Assembly (NCBI RefSeq): GCF_963921235.1
Contig: NC_086108.1
Span: 109,990,001-110,054,000 of the forward strand
Length of the DNA stretch: 64,000 nucleotides
From: Mobula hypostoma
Taxonomy: Eukaryota
Direction of reading: 5' to 3'
The translations under genes were made by a program, and so were the position numbers. Shown here piece after piece: positions 12,741 to 25,290 of the stretch (positions are counted from its first letter, which is position 1; each line of letters opens with the position of its first letter). The notes under the pieces were generated by a model. The model did no database searches, was not told the DNA's origin, and saw only the letters and a program-made list of their open reading frames with translations.

Positions 12741-13570
12741 TGACAATAATGAAACACTACACTTACCACACATTAAATAAATCGAAGGGAGGGTAACTTC
12801 ATTCTCCCCAACACTGAACTGTTCTTGTAACCTACGGACTAACTTTCAAGGACTCTTCATCTCACGCTCTCCATATTTTTTGCTTATTTATTTATTATTA
12901 TTATTTCTTTTTTCTCTCTATTTGTATTGGCAGTTTATGTTGCACATTGATTGTTTGTCCATCCTGAGGGGTACGGTCTTTCACTGATTCTATTGTGTTT
13001 CTTTCTATTTGCTGTGAGTGCCCGCAAGAAAGCGAATCTCAGGGTTATACATGGTGACGTATATGTACTTCGATAATAAATTTACTTTGGACGTTGAACT
13101 ATAGTGATCCTGAAGATCAGAGGTACCCAGCCTGGGTCTATGGATCCCTCAGTTAACGGTAAGGCTCATTGGCATTAAAAAGTTTAGGAACCCCTGCTGA
13201 AGATGAAAGATACTTGTGTTTTAGTATCTCATTGGGACACTCAAAAAGTGACTCGCGTCTCTGGTTCTATTCACACACAAGGCCCTTTATTGTTTCCCTC
13301 ATCCACACAGAAGCCATTGATAACTTGCAGTGCACATTCTGCACTTTATAGCCCCCTAAAACAAACCATTGTCAATTCAATTGCGTTGCGAGAGTGTCAT
13401 TGTCTCAGATGAATGAAACAATGACATGAATGAATCAGATGAGTACAATCCTCACCATGAGGACTACAGTGTTTGACGGTTTTGCCAATTTCCATCTCCT
13501 GCTTCCCAGACTGTGAGAGACTTTCCAAAACAAGAAGCAGATATCACTAGGGCATACGTCAGGGATACAG

Positions 13571-14162
13571 TTGAAGAGCCGAGAGGTAATGTTGCAGGTA
13601 TATAGGACCCTGGTCAGACCCCACTTGGAGTACTGTGCCCAATTCTGGTCGCCTCACTACAGGAAGGACGTGGAAACCATAGAAAGGGTGCAAAGGAGAT
13701 TTACGAGGATGATGGCTGGATTGGGGAGCATGCCTTATGAGAATCGATTGAGTGAACTCGGCCTTTTCTCCTTGAAGCAACGGAGGATGAGAGGTGGCCT
13801 GACAGAGGTGTACAAGATAATGAGAGGCATTGATCATGTGGATAGTCAGAGGCTTTTCCCCAGGGCTGAAATGGCTAGCACGAGAGGGCATAATTTCAAG
13901 GTGCTTGGAAATAGGTACAGAGGAGATGTCAGGGGTAAATTTTTTTACAAGGAGAGTGGTGAATGCGTGGAATGGGCTGCTGGTGGCAGCGGTGGAGGAG
14001 GAAATGATAAGATCTTTTAAGAGACTCCTGGATGGCTACATGGAGCTTAGAAAAATAGAGGGTTATGGGTAAAGCCTAGATAGTTCTAAGGCAGGGACAT
14101 GTTCGGCACAGCTTTGTGGGCCGAAGGGCCTATATTGTGCTGTAGGTTTTCTATGTTTCTAA
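13571..14162 (+). mobile_element. CR1 LINE 3' end
   Basis: LVRPHLEYCAQFWSPHYRKD...RRMRGGL; (TTTCTATG)n tail. Confidence 0.9.
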
Positions 14163-14289
14163 CTTCCATAAGACCATAAGATATTGGAGCAGAATTTGGC
14201 CTTTCAGCCCATGAGGTCTGCTGCACTATTCAATCGTGGCTGATTTTATTTCGACTCCCCTCTCCTGCCTCTTCCACAAACCCTTACCC

Positions 14290-14838
14290 AATCAAGCATC
14301 AAACATTTTAACTTTGTTTCCCATTCCTGTCCCAACATGTCAGTCTGTGGCCTCCTCGTGTGCCACTTTCAAGGTGGATAAGCAACACCTTATATTCCGT
14401 CTGGGTAGCTTCCAGCCTGATAGCATAAATATCAATTTCTCCTTCTGGTTAAAAAAAATTCCCTCTCCCTCTCCTCATCCTCTATTCCCCACTCTGTCCT
14501 CTTATCTTCTCACCTATCACTTCCTCCTGGTGCCTCTCCTCCTTCCCTTTCTCCTACGATCCACTTTCCTCTCCTATCAGATTCCTTCTTCTCCAGCCCT
14601 TTACCTTTCACACCCACCTGGCTTCACCTAGCATCTTCGAGCTATCCTCCTTCCCCTCCCGCCCCCCCCCACCTTTTTATTCTGGCATCTTCCCCCTTCC
14701 GTTCCATTCCTGAAGAAGAGTCTCAGCCCAAACTGTTGACTGCTTATTCATTTCCACAGATGCTGCCTGACCTGCTGAATTCCTCTGGATGTGTGTGTTG
14801 CTCTGGATTTCCAGCACTAGCAGAATTCCTCATGTTTA
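14290..14838 (+). mobile_element. Penelope-like 3' part (GIY-YIG C-terminus, degenerate hammerhead)
   Basis: KQHLIFRLGSFQPDSININFS; pyrimidine tract; CTGAAGA...AAAAC at about 14709-14733. Confidence 0.8.
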
Positions 14839-16524
14839 AGAATCTACCCATTTCTCTTTTATTGTTATTTATTGTGTATTTACTTTTTCATTGTTTAAAT
14901 GATTTGTTCTTTTTTCACATTTTTTTACCATGCCCAAGGTCTGCTCTTTATCAAATTATGGTATTGCTTTCAACTGTTGTAACTATATGTTATAATTATG
15001 TGGCTTTGTCAGTTTTAGACTTGGTTTGTCCTGCGTTTTCTTGCGATATCATTCTGGAGGAACGTTGTATCATTGTATCATGCATTTCTAAATGACAATA
15101 AACGAGGACTGAGTGTCCTCATAATCTAATCTAATCTAGTCTAATCTATTGGGTGTTTGCAGATGGCTCTCCACATGGCCTTAGATCACTGGGACAATAA
15201 AGGCACTTATGTCAGGATGCTGTTCATTAACTATAGCTCAGCGTTTAATGCCATCATTCCCAAAGTCCTGATTGATAAGGCACCAGCCTGGGCCTCTTAC
15301 CTCCCTCTGCAACTGGATCCTTGACTTCCTAACTGGACCACAACAATCTGTGCAGATTGGTGATAATATCTTACTGCAATGATTTACTGATTTACTTTTT
15401 TTCTCTATATTATCATGTAATGTATTGTACTGCTGCTGCTAAGTTAACAAATTTCATAACATATGCAGTGATATTAAAACTGATTCTAATTGCCTTTATT
15501 GTTGCGTGTGTGTGTGTGTGTGTGTGTGTAAATCTGTGTGTGTGGCTGCCTGCAAGAAGATGAATCTCAAGGTTGTATACAGTCAACATACAATGATAAT
15601 AAGCAGAATCAGATTTATTATCACCGGCATGTGACGTGAAATTTGTTAACTTAGCAGCAGCAGTTCAATGCAATACATAATGTAGCAGAGAGAAAAGAAA
15701 ATAATAAATAAAATAAAACATAATAAATAAACAAGTAAATCAATTACATACATACAATAGTTGTTTTTTACTGTGCAAAAACAGAAATATCATATATTAA
15801 AAAAGTGAGGTAGTGTCCAAAGCTTCAATATCCATTTAGGAATCAGCTGGCAGAGGGGAAGAAGCTGTTCCTGAATCACTGAGTGTGTGCCTTCAGGCTT
15901 CTGTATCTCTTGAACTTTGATATACAGTCAATGACCTGGCCTCCAAATCTGTCTGTGGCAATGATCTTCGCAGAAGCACCACGCTCTGGCTACAGAATTT
16001 CCTCCTCATCACTGTTTGAAAAGGACAACCCTTTATTCTGAGGCTGTATGTTAGATTGCTCTTGGAGTTGGTTAAAAGTTGGCACCATATTGTTGGCTGA
16101 GGGCCTGTATTGTGCTGTATTGTTCTATGCATCAGATGGCATTGATGCAAGGAGGTTGAATCACGGCTAAGATACAAAGGGTCCATGCTGTATGACATTG
16201 ACCTCCAAGTTCTGCTCCGTGAAGCCCTGGCTCCCCATATCCCTTGTGTTTTAATTGATCTACCCTATTCAAAAACCATCAAGCCTTCTGTAGCGACTAC
16301 TCAAACAAACTAGCACCACTTAAGGCTAAGCACAGGACATTAATCCTGTGTGAAGCAGTTTTGATCCAATCCAATAAAAAGGGTTCACAGTCAAAGATAG
16401 TATTCGATCCTTTATTGAGAAACAAGCAAAACAAACAATCTCAAAGTGAAACTAAAATTAGCAATATAACAAAATAAACAGTTGGTGTTCTTAAGCTTTC
16501 TTCAACATAATTAAACTATTTTAG

Positions 16525-17262
16525 ACCATAAGAGTATAAGACAAAGGAGCAGAAGTCCAGAAGTCGGCCATTTGGCCCGTCGAGTCTGCTCCGCCATTTT
16601 ATCATGAGCTGGTCCATTCTCCCACTTAGTCCCACTCCCCGGCCTTCTCACCATAACCTTTGATGCCCTGGCTATTAAGATACCTATCAATCTCTGCCTT
16701 AAATACACCCAATGACTTGGCCTCCACTGCTGCCCGTGGCAACAAATTCCATAGATTCACCACCCTCTGGCTAAAAAAATTTCTTCGCATTTCTATTCTG
16801 AATGGGCGCCCTTCAATCCTTAGGTCATGCCCTCTTGTACTAGACTCCCCCATCATGGGAAACAACTTTGCCACATCCACTCTGTCCATGCCTTTCAACA
16901 TTCGAAATGTTTCTATGAGGTCTCCTCTCATTCTTCTAAACTCCAAGGAATACAGTCCAAGAGTGGACAAACGTTCCTCATATGTTAAACCTTTCATTCC
17001 TGGAATCATTCTAATGAATCTTCTCTGTACCCTCTCCAACGTCAGCACATCTTTTCATACAAACATTTGTAAATAAGGAGACCAAAACTGCCCACAGTAC
17101 TCCAAGTGAGGTCTGACCAGTGCCTTATAGAGCCTCAACATCACATCCCTGTTCCTATACTCTATTCCTCTAGAAATGAATGCCAACATTGCATTCGCCT
17201 TCTTCACCACCGACTCAACCTGGAGGTTAACCTTAAGGGTATCCTGTATGAGGACTCCCAAG
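16525..17262 (-). mobile_element. CR1 LINE 3' end
   Basis: ORFs 16626..17048 and 17055..17261 (LVRPHLEYC, LGLYSLEFRRMRGDLIET). Confidence 0.9.
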
Positions 17263-17984
17263 TGAAGTTAAGCAATTATTGCAAAGATAGGTGGTTAACA
17301 AAAAAAGATACTATTCCCAGCTCAAAACACTAACTGACCTAATGTGACTAACTACCATATGAACACATTACACAAAATACAATGAAGAGAGAAAATAGGT
17401 ACATGGCTTCTATACCTTCAGTTCTGGCCATATCTGACCGGCTCTCTGTAGCTACCCTTCCTGGGGAAGATTAGGCGACATAACAGCCAGATCAAACTCT
17501 ACTGGGCCACTCTCCAAAGAAAGCCCTTGTTCAGCACCCAAGTCATCTCTGCCTCCCGCAGGAAAGAACCTGCATTTCCACCCTTCTCCTCCATTTGGGT
17601 CCACAGCAGAGCACAGAAAGCATTGCACATTGAGGTTAACTAGATTATGACTCAAGCATTCCTTTTATTTTACTTGTACACAAGGAGAACAGCATGGGCC
17701 TCTGTTACCCACACTGTTCTAAACAGAGAACTGCTATTTTCAGAGAGAACAGTTACAGATATTAATTATTGTAAATTGTATATGTTTGAAATTGTTACTT
17801 GCAAGATCGATCACCACTCACAACGGAGGTGCTAAAGTCAATAGAAACTGCAAGTAGACAGCAATGGCATGTTTAAGTTAGTAAAGACAATTCAGGTGTT
17901 AAATCATAGGAAACATCTGCAGAATCTCGTGTTTATTACTTAATTTTAAATACCATTTATATAGATAATTTCAAAACATAGCGT

Positions 17985-18432
17985 GAGCTCTAAGGAGAGG
18001 TTGGACAAACTTGGGTTGTTTTCTCTGGAGCGGCAGAGGCTGAGGGGGATCTGACAGGGTTTATAAGATTATGAGGTGCATAGAGTAGACAGTCGGCGTC
18101 TTTCTCCCCAGGGTCAAAATGGCTAATTCTCGGGGACATGCATTTAAGGTGAGAGAGGATAGGATCAAAGAAGATGTAAGGGGCAAGCTTATTATTTTTT
18201 TCACACACACACAGAGTTGTGGGTGCCTGGAGTGCACTGCCGGGGTGATGACACAGGCAGATCCAATATAGATGTTCAAAAGATTCCAGAGAGGCAAATG
18301 AATATACAGAAAATGGAGGGATACAGACATTGTGTAGTCAGAAGGGATTAGTTTAATTGCGAATTAAATTGCTACTTTAATTAGTTTGGCACAACAAAGG
18401 GCCTATTCCTATGCAGTACTGTTTTATGTTCT
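17985..18432 (+). mobile_element. CR1 LINE 3' end (decayed)
   Basis: ERLDKLGLFSLERQRLRGDL-like sequence and 3' UTR. Confidence 0.75.
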
Positions 18433-19356
18433 ATAAGTACATTGAGGTAGTACAAGGTAAAAACAATAACAGAATGCAAAGTGAGTGTTACAGTTACAGA
18501 GAAAGTGCAGTGCGGGTAGACAAGATACAAGGTCATAATGAGGTAGATTGTGTACTATGGAGTTCAGAATTAGATTTAATATCACTGACTTATCTGACAT
18601 TCTGTGGCAGCAGTACAAGACATAAAATCAATACAAATTACAAAATAGATTGTGCAAAAGAGGAATAGTGTTTATGGGTTCATGGACTATTCAGGAATAT
18701 GATAGCATTGGGGGCAGGGGAAGTGGTTTCTGAATCACTGAGTGTGGATCTTCAGGCTCCTATACCTCCCCCCTGATGGTAGTATTGACAAGGCTATGTA
18801 CAAGAGACCATAAGACTTGGGCCAAGAGATCAGAATTGGGCCCGTCAAGTCTGCTCCGTCATTCCAGCATGGAATGATGTCCTTTCAATAGTTTTTTAAC
18901 AATGGAAAACACAATTGTGGAAAGTTACATTTATACAGGAAGAAACTGGAAAGGGTAACTTACACCTCAGTGAGACTTCCAATCCTGGTTAAGAAAGTTG
19001 CCTTCCCTTCAGAGGACTGACAAAAATAATGTCTTCAGAGTTGGCCAACAGGCCAAAACAAGCAGGAGGTAACCATGATTTGCCAGTTGCTGCCCCAGTC
19101 ACACCCCTCAGTCCTGCCATCCCCAGCATCTCCTGACCAACAATATTCTTGTGACATCATCCACATTATTAACAAAATAAGCAACAACAGTAGCACTAAC
19201 CCAGACCAACTGGTCAGGCATTACATCTCCACCAGGAACAACCCCCTGCCAAACAGAACGTGGCAGGTTTTGGTGTCGTCAGGCTGCGACAACCTGGTTC
19301 ATACTTCGTATTATCATAACCTCTTCACTTTATACACACTAGGGATTTGCAGATCA

Positions 19357-20710
19357 CAAACAAGAGCAAGTCTGTAGATGCTGGAAATCCGAGCAACACA
19401 CACACACTAGGGATTTGCAGATCACAAACAAGAGAAAGTCTGTAGATGCTGGAAATCCGAGCAACACACATGCTGGAGGAGCATCTATGGAAAAAAAAGA
19501 GTACAGTTGATGTTTCGGGCCAAGCCCCTTCAGCAGGACTGGAGAAAAAAAGATGTGGAGTACATTTAAAGGTGGGGGAGGGGAGGGAGAAACAAGGATA
19601 GGTGAAACCCAGGAGGGAGAGGGGTGAAATAAAGAGCTGGGAAGTTGATTGGTGAAATAGATACAGGGCTGGATAGGGGAGAGTCCAATAGGAGAGAACA
19701 GAAGGGAACAGAAGAAAGAAACGGGGTGGGGAGCAGCAGAAGGGGGGGATGGGCAGGTAAGGAGATAACATGAGAGAGGGATATGGGGATGGGGAAGGTG
19801 AAAGGTGGCGGGGGTGATGAAGTGGGGCCATTACCAGAAGTTCGAGAAATCGATGTTCATGCCATCAGGTTGGAGGCTACCCAGACGGAATACAAGGTGT
19901 TGCTCCTCCAACCTGACTGTGGCCTCACTACAACAGTAGAGGAAGCCATAGATTGACAGATTGGGATGGGAATGGGAAGTGGAATTACAATGGGTGGCCA
20001 CTGGGAGATCCCGTTTGTTCTGGCGGTTGAAGTGTAGGTGTTCGGCGAAGCGGTCTTCCAATCTACGTTGGGTCTCACCGATGTACAGGAGGCCACACCA
20101 GGAGCACCAAACACAGTGTATGACCCCAACAGACTCACTCACAGGTGAAGCGTCGCCTCACCTGGAAAGACTATTTGCGGCCCTGAATGGTAGTGAGGGA
20201 GGAGGTGTAGGGACAGGTGTAGCACTTGTTCCGCTTGCAAGGATAAGTGCCAGGAGGGAGATCAGTGGGGAGGAACAAGGGAGATGCATGGGGAGTGATT
20301 GTGCAGATGGTGGAAATCTGGAGTAAGACACACACAATGCTGGAGAACTCAGCAGGTTAGGCAAATTCTATGGAAATGAATAAACAGTTGACGTTTTGGG
20401 CCAAGACCCTTCATCAGGACTGGAAAGGAAGAGGAGGAATCCAGAATAAGAAGGTAGGGAGAGGGGAAAGAGAACAACCTAGAAGGTGATAGGTGAAGAC
20501 ATGTGGGTGGGGGAGGGGAGATGATAGGTGGAAAAGGCAAAGGGCTGGAGGAGTGGCCTCATCATGGTGGAACAGGTAGCCATGGACCAACATGTCAGAA
20601 CAGGAATGGGGATAGGTATTAAAATGGTTAACCACCAGGAAAATCTGCTTTTTGGGATTGGATCAGAGGGGCTCAAAGTGGCCCCTCAATTTAGGTTGGA
20701 TCTCACCTCA
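19357..20710 (-). mobile_element. Two adjacent Penelope-like (Neptune-type) 3' fragments
   Basis: ORF 19831..20142 (GVIHCVWCSWCGLLYIGET...EEQHLVFRLGSLQPDG) is GIY-YIG with CxxC; hammerhead-like motifs near 19503-19540 and 20384-20422. Confidence 0.9.
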
Positions 20711-21914
20711 CTTTCGGGTGGGTGTTGTCTTCAAACGCTTGAGTTTGTTATGGTCAGGAAAGGTATGCATTTTAGAGTCATAGAAACAAGCCCTTCAGCC
20801 TATCTAGTCTGTGCTGACCATTAAGCAGCCAAGTCCCATCGACCTACACCCAGGCCATAGCATTTAATATGTTGGAATCGACACTATATTCACTACTTAA
20901 GCTGGCAGCTCGATCCACAATCTCACCACTCTGAATGCAGAAGCTCCCCCTCATGTTCTCCTTAGACATTTCATCTTTCAGCCTTAATCCATGACCTCTA
21001 GTTGTAGCCCAATCCAACCTCAGTGGAAAAAGCATGCTTGCATTTTCAGAATTTTGTTACCCCTATTAAATCTCCACTCAATCTTCTATATTTTGTATCC
21101 CAGAGCTCTCTCTCGGTCAGGACGTAGATCCACTGGAACAACATTCCCAATTTTCCTTCTTTTCCCGTTGGAGGGTCAAGACCTTTGGTTTAAGGTCAGA
21201 GGAATGTGCTTTAAAAGGGATCTAAAGGTGAAAGTTCTTTGTGGATATCACTCCCCTAGACTGAGTGGAACCCCCACCCCCCCGCCCCCGCCGGCTTTTT
21301 TAATCACCAGGGCAGAAATGTCTAATGTGAGGGAACATTACTTTAAGGTGCTTGGAGGAAATTATAGGGGGAATGTTAGAGATGATTTATTTTTCACACA
21401 AAGAATGTTGGGTTCATGGAACACACTACCAGGGTAGTGGGAGAAGCAGATACATTAGGGGCATTTAAGAGACCCTTTGATAGGCACGTGAAACTGGAAG
21501 GCTATGGAGGAGGGTAGGGTTTGATTAACCTTAGAATAGGTTAAAGGGATAGCACAACATTCTGGGCTGAAGAACCTGTACTGTAGTGATCTACATTCTC
21601 ACTGCCTTGGTAAAGCAGCCAATATAAAGACCCTGCTTACCCTGGACTTTCTCTCTTCTCCCCCTCCCGTTAGACAGAAGATGTGAGAATTGGTAAACCT
21701 GTACCCTGTCTCAAGAACAGCTTCTATTGCACTATGCTGACCTTTTCCCTAATCACATTTGCCATATATTAGGATTGCATCTTCTATATCCTGCCTATTT
21801 TTATGAAATGCCTCCTAATGATGACGCATTTAAACAAAACCCTAGTAGAATAACATGGGAGTCCTCACCTCACGATCTACCTCATTATGGCCCTCAAGAT
21901 TGGATACTGTGCTG

Positions 21915-22310
21915 AGTTGGAGTCTGGCCCCTCCTGTCAGTGTTTGCTCTGTGGAAGACAAGTGTTTGTCAGTGCTGCCCTCCAGTGCTTGCTCTGTGGC
22001 AGACAAGTGTTCGTCTATGGTTGCATTTGCGTGAGATGAGAAACTGCTGCGGGTTTGTTCTTACAGAAACGTGGCTCCAGGACAACACCCATGCATCATC
22101 AATCTACAGGCCATGACACTCAGGGACTTGGGCTATATTTTTTAATGTTATACTTTTTGTAACTATATGTTTTTCTGTTGTCATAATTATACGTGCTGTG
22201 TGCTGTCTGTGACTGTTGGCACTGTATTTCGCACCATGGCCTCAGAGGAACGCTATTTCATTCAACTGCATTCATGTGTATTGTTCAATGACAATTAAAC
22301 TTGAACTTAA
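21915..22310 (+). mobile_element. Unclassified short repeat with LINE-like tail
   Basis: Ends ...GAGGAACGCTATTTCATT...ACAATTAAACTTGAAC; the same tail occurs at 4510-4630. Confidence 0.5.
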
Positions 22311-23934
22311 GATAAACACAAGGGATTTTGCAGATGCTGGAAATCCAGAGTAACACGTACAAAATGCTGAAGGAACTCAGCAGATCAGGCAACATGTATG
22401 GAAGTAAAAACAGTTGACGTTTCAGGCCGAGAACCTTCTTCAGTATATAAGAGTATTTAAGACATGTTCAACATTGTTAAGTGTAATTTCCAAGTTTCAA
22501 GTTCAAGTTCAATTGTCATTCAACCATATATCAATACAGCCAAACAAAACAGTGTTACTCTGGGGCCAAGGTGCAAAACATAGTACCAACAGTCACACAG
22601 CACAAGACACACATAACACATATAAGACAGCAGTAAAATACAATCAGACAAAAAAAATATAGTCCAAGTCCCTGAGTCCACGAATGTTGCAGCAGTCAGC
22701 AGTCAAACACAATACATCTTGTCTTCTGCTAAGCAAACAGCAGAGGGCAGCACTGACTCCAACATGTATGCTGTGCCACACCACCTCCAGCACTCCAGTG
22801 GAGCTCAACAATAATTGTTACTCTGAATCCAATGCAGCCCTCAAAAACACAAACACAATAAGACACACAGAACACAATAATAAAAAAGCACAATATAAAT
22901 AACTTACATACATTGATTGTATGTACATTATTGTACCTTGCACCTCATTGGCTGCCTGCACTGCACTTTCTCTGTAACTGTAATACTTTATTCTGCATTG
23001 TTTTTGTTTTTTTTATTATTGTGTTCTTCATCTAATTGTGTGTTTTTTTTGTGCTGAATCGAATCCAGAGCAACAATTATTTCATTCTCCTTTACACTTG
23101 TGTACTTAAATAACCTTGATTCACTGATGTGATGCAAAACGAAGTTTTTCACTGCACATCAGTGAACGCACCAATAATAAATCAATATACCAATTTAAGA
23201 ATTTCCTGCAGAGGTCTAACTTAACCTACCTCCAAAACTTCCTTAGATTGTTCCTTTGTTGGTGAAAGTTCGAAGAACCAGTTAGTGGCTACCCTCACAC
23301 ACAATAGGAGGTCACCTCCTTCTCCCCTTTCTCCCATGGTCCACTCCCCTCCCCTATCAGATTCTTTCTTCTCCAGACCTTTACCCTTCACCCACCAGCT
23401 TCTTACTTCATCCACCCCCCACCCACCCACCTGTCATCACTCATCACCTTCTATATCAATTAGTTCAGGTGGTTTAGAGCAGAACCATCCGCACGCCACC
23501 GGGTTCAGAAGCAGTTCTTACCTCTCAACCGTCAGGCTTCTGAACCACCAAACTGATTACACAGCCACTGGCCTCTAAAGCTCATGTTCTCCACATTTAT
23601 TGCTTATTTATTTGTTATTATATTTTATTCTCTTTTTTGTATTTGCTCAGTTGGTTGGCTTTGCGCACTGGTTGTTTGTCCATATTTGTCGTATGCAGTT
23701 TGTCATTGGTTCTATCGTGTTTCTTGTATTCACGGTGAATGCCCACAAGAAAATAAATCTCGAGGTTGTATAGAGTGACATATATGTATTTTAATAATAA
23801 ATTTACTTTGAACTTTTTCAGAACGATGGAAACTTCCTTCGAGACGAGGCCCATTTTACCGGCGGTGAAATGTAGTGAACAGTGAGTGAAGGACAAGGAC
23901 AGTTGTGGACAAAATATTTGTTTACTCAGTAACG

Positions 23935-24482
23935 GAGATTCTGCAGATGCTGGAAATCCAGAGCAACTCACACAAAATGCTGACAGGAGCTCAGCAGCAG
24001 GCCAGGCAGCGTCTATGGGAATGAATAAAGAGCCTTCGGACCCTGACCCTTCTTCAGGACTGGACTGGAAGGGGAAGGCACCAGAATCAAAAGGTGGGAG
24101 GGTGGCGGCAGAAGGGGAAGAAAGATGGCTGGAAGCTGATAGGTGAAGGCAGTTGGGCAGGAAAAGCAAAGGGCTGAAAAGGAAGGAATATGATAGGACA
24201 GGAGAGCGGACCATAGGAGAAGGGAAAGGTGAGGCCTGAGTGGGGAATAGAAGAAGAGAAGGGGGGGGGAGGGAAAAATGTTTATTCAATTATCTGGGAG
24301 CCAATGGCAAACATTCAATCGCCATACTATTGAAGGTAGTGCACAAAGCAGATCAGGCAGTATCTATGGAGAGGAATAAACAGTCAATGTATCAGGATGA
24401 GACTCTTCATTAGGACTGGAAAGGAAGGGGACAGAAGGGGGGGGAATAAGAAGGTGGGAGGAAATGAAGGAGTACAAGCTGA
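23935..24482 (-). mobile_element. Penelope-like 3' termini (two decayed fragments)
   Basis: TCTGCAGATGCTGGAAATCCAGAGCAAC...CAGGACTGG terminus and purine tract. Confidence 0.7.
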
Positions 24483-24489
24483 TGATTGA

Positions 24490-25022
24490 TGAATTGAATT
24501 AAACTGAATTGACTTTATTGCTTACATACTTCAAATACATGAGGAGTAAAAATCTTAACGTTATGTCTCCGTCCAAATGTGCAATGTGCAATTATAGTAA
24601 TTTATAATAAATATTATGTACAACAGGATAGCCAATATAACATAGAAATACAATTGTGTCAGCATGAATTAATCAGTCTGATGGCCAGGTGGAAGAAGCT
24701 GTCCCAGAGACTGTTGGTCTTGGCTTTTATGTTGTGGTACTGTTTCCTGGATGTAGCAGCTGAAACAGTTTGTGGTTGGGGTGACTCGGGTCTACAATGA
24801 TCCTTCAGGCCCTTCTTACACAGCTCTCTTTGAGGGAAATTCACATCTACAGATGCGCTGGGCTGTCCACACCACTCTCTGCAGAGCCCTATGATCGAGG
24901 GAAGTACAGTTCCCATACCAGGCAGTGATGCAGACACTCAGGGTGCTCTCAGTTGTGCCCCTGTAGAAAGTTCTTAGAATTTGGGGGGCCATACCAAACT
25001 TCTTCAACCATCTGAGGTGAAA
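24490..25022 (-). mobile_element. Rex1/Babar-type LINE 3' end
   Basis: KKFGMAPQILRTFYRGTTESTLSVCITAWYGNC; close to the copy at 10856-11600. Confidence 0.85.
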
Positions 25023-25290
25023 GAAATATTTTCACTAAGTGAGACCAGGTCAGAGGGAGATCCGTGAGTGGGGAACAAGTGGTGGTTGAAACAGATACAT
25101 GAGGGAAATTTAAGAAACTCTTAGGTAGGCTCATGGATAGTAGAATTATGGGATGGTTATGCAGGAGGAAAGAGGTTTAGAGAGCTATGGGCCAAAGGCA
25201 GGCAGATGAGATTAGCTCCTTGGGCAACTCTGCCAGTATGGACCAGATGTGCTGAAGGGCTTGTTTCCAAGTTTTATGAGTCTATGACTC

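Noticed and set aside
19075..19377. 100-aa plus-strand ORF in unique sequence
   Set aside because: No recognisable homology; its end runs into a PLE terminus.
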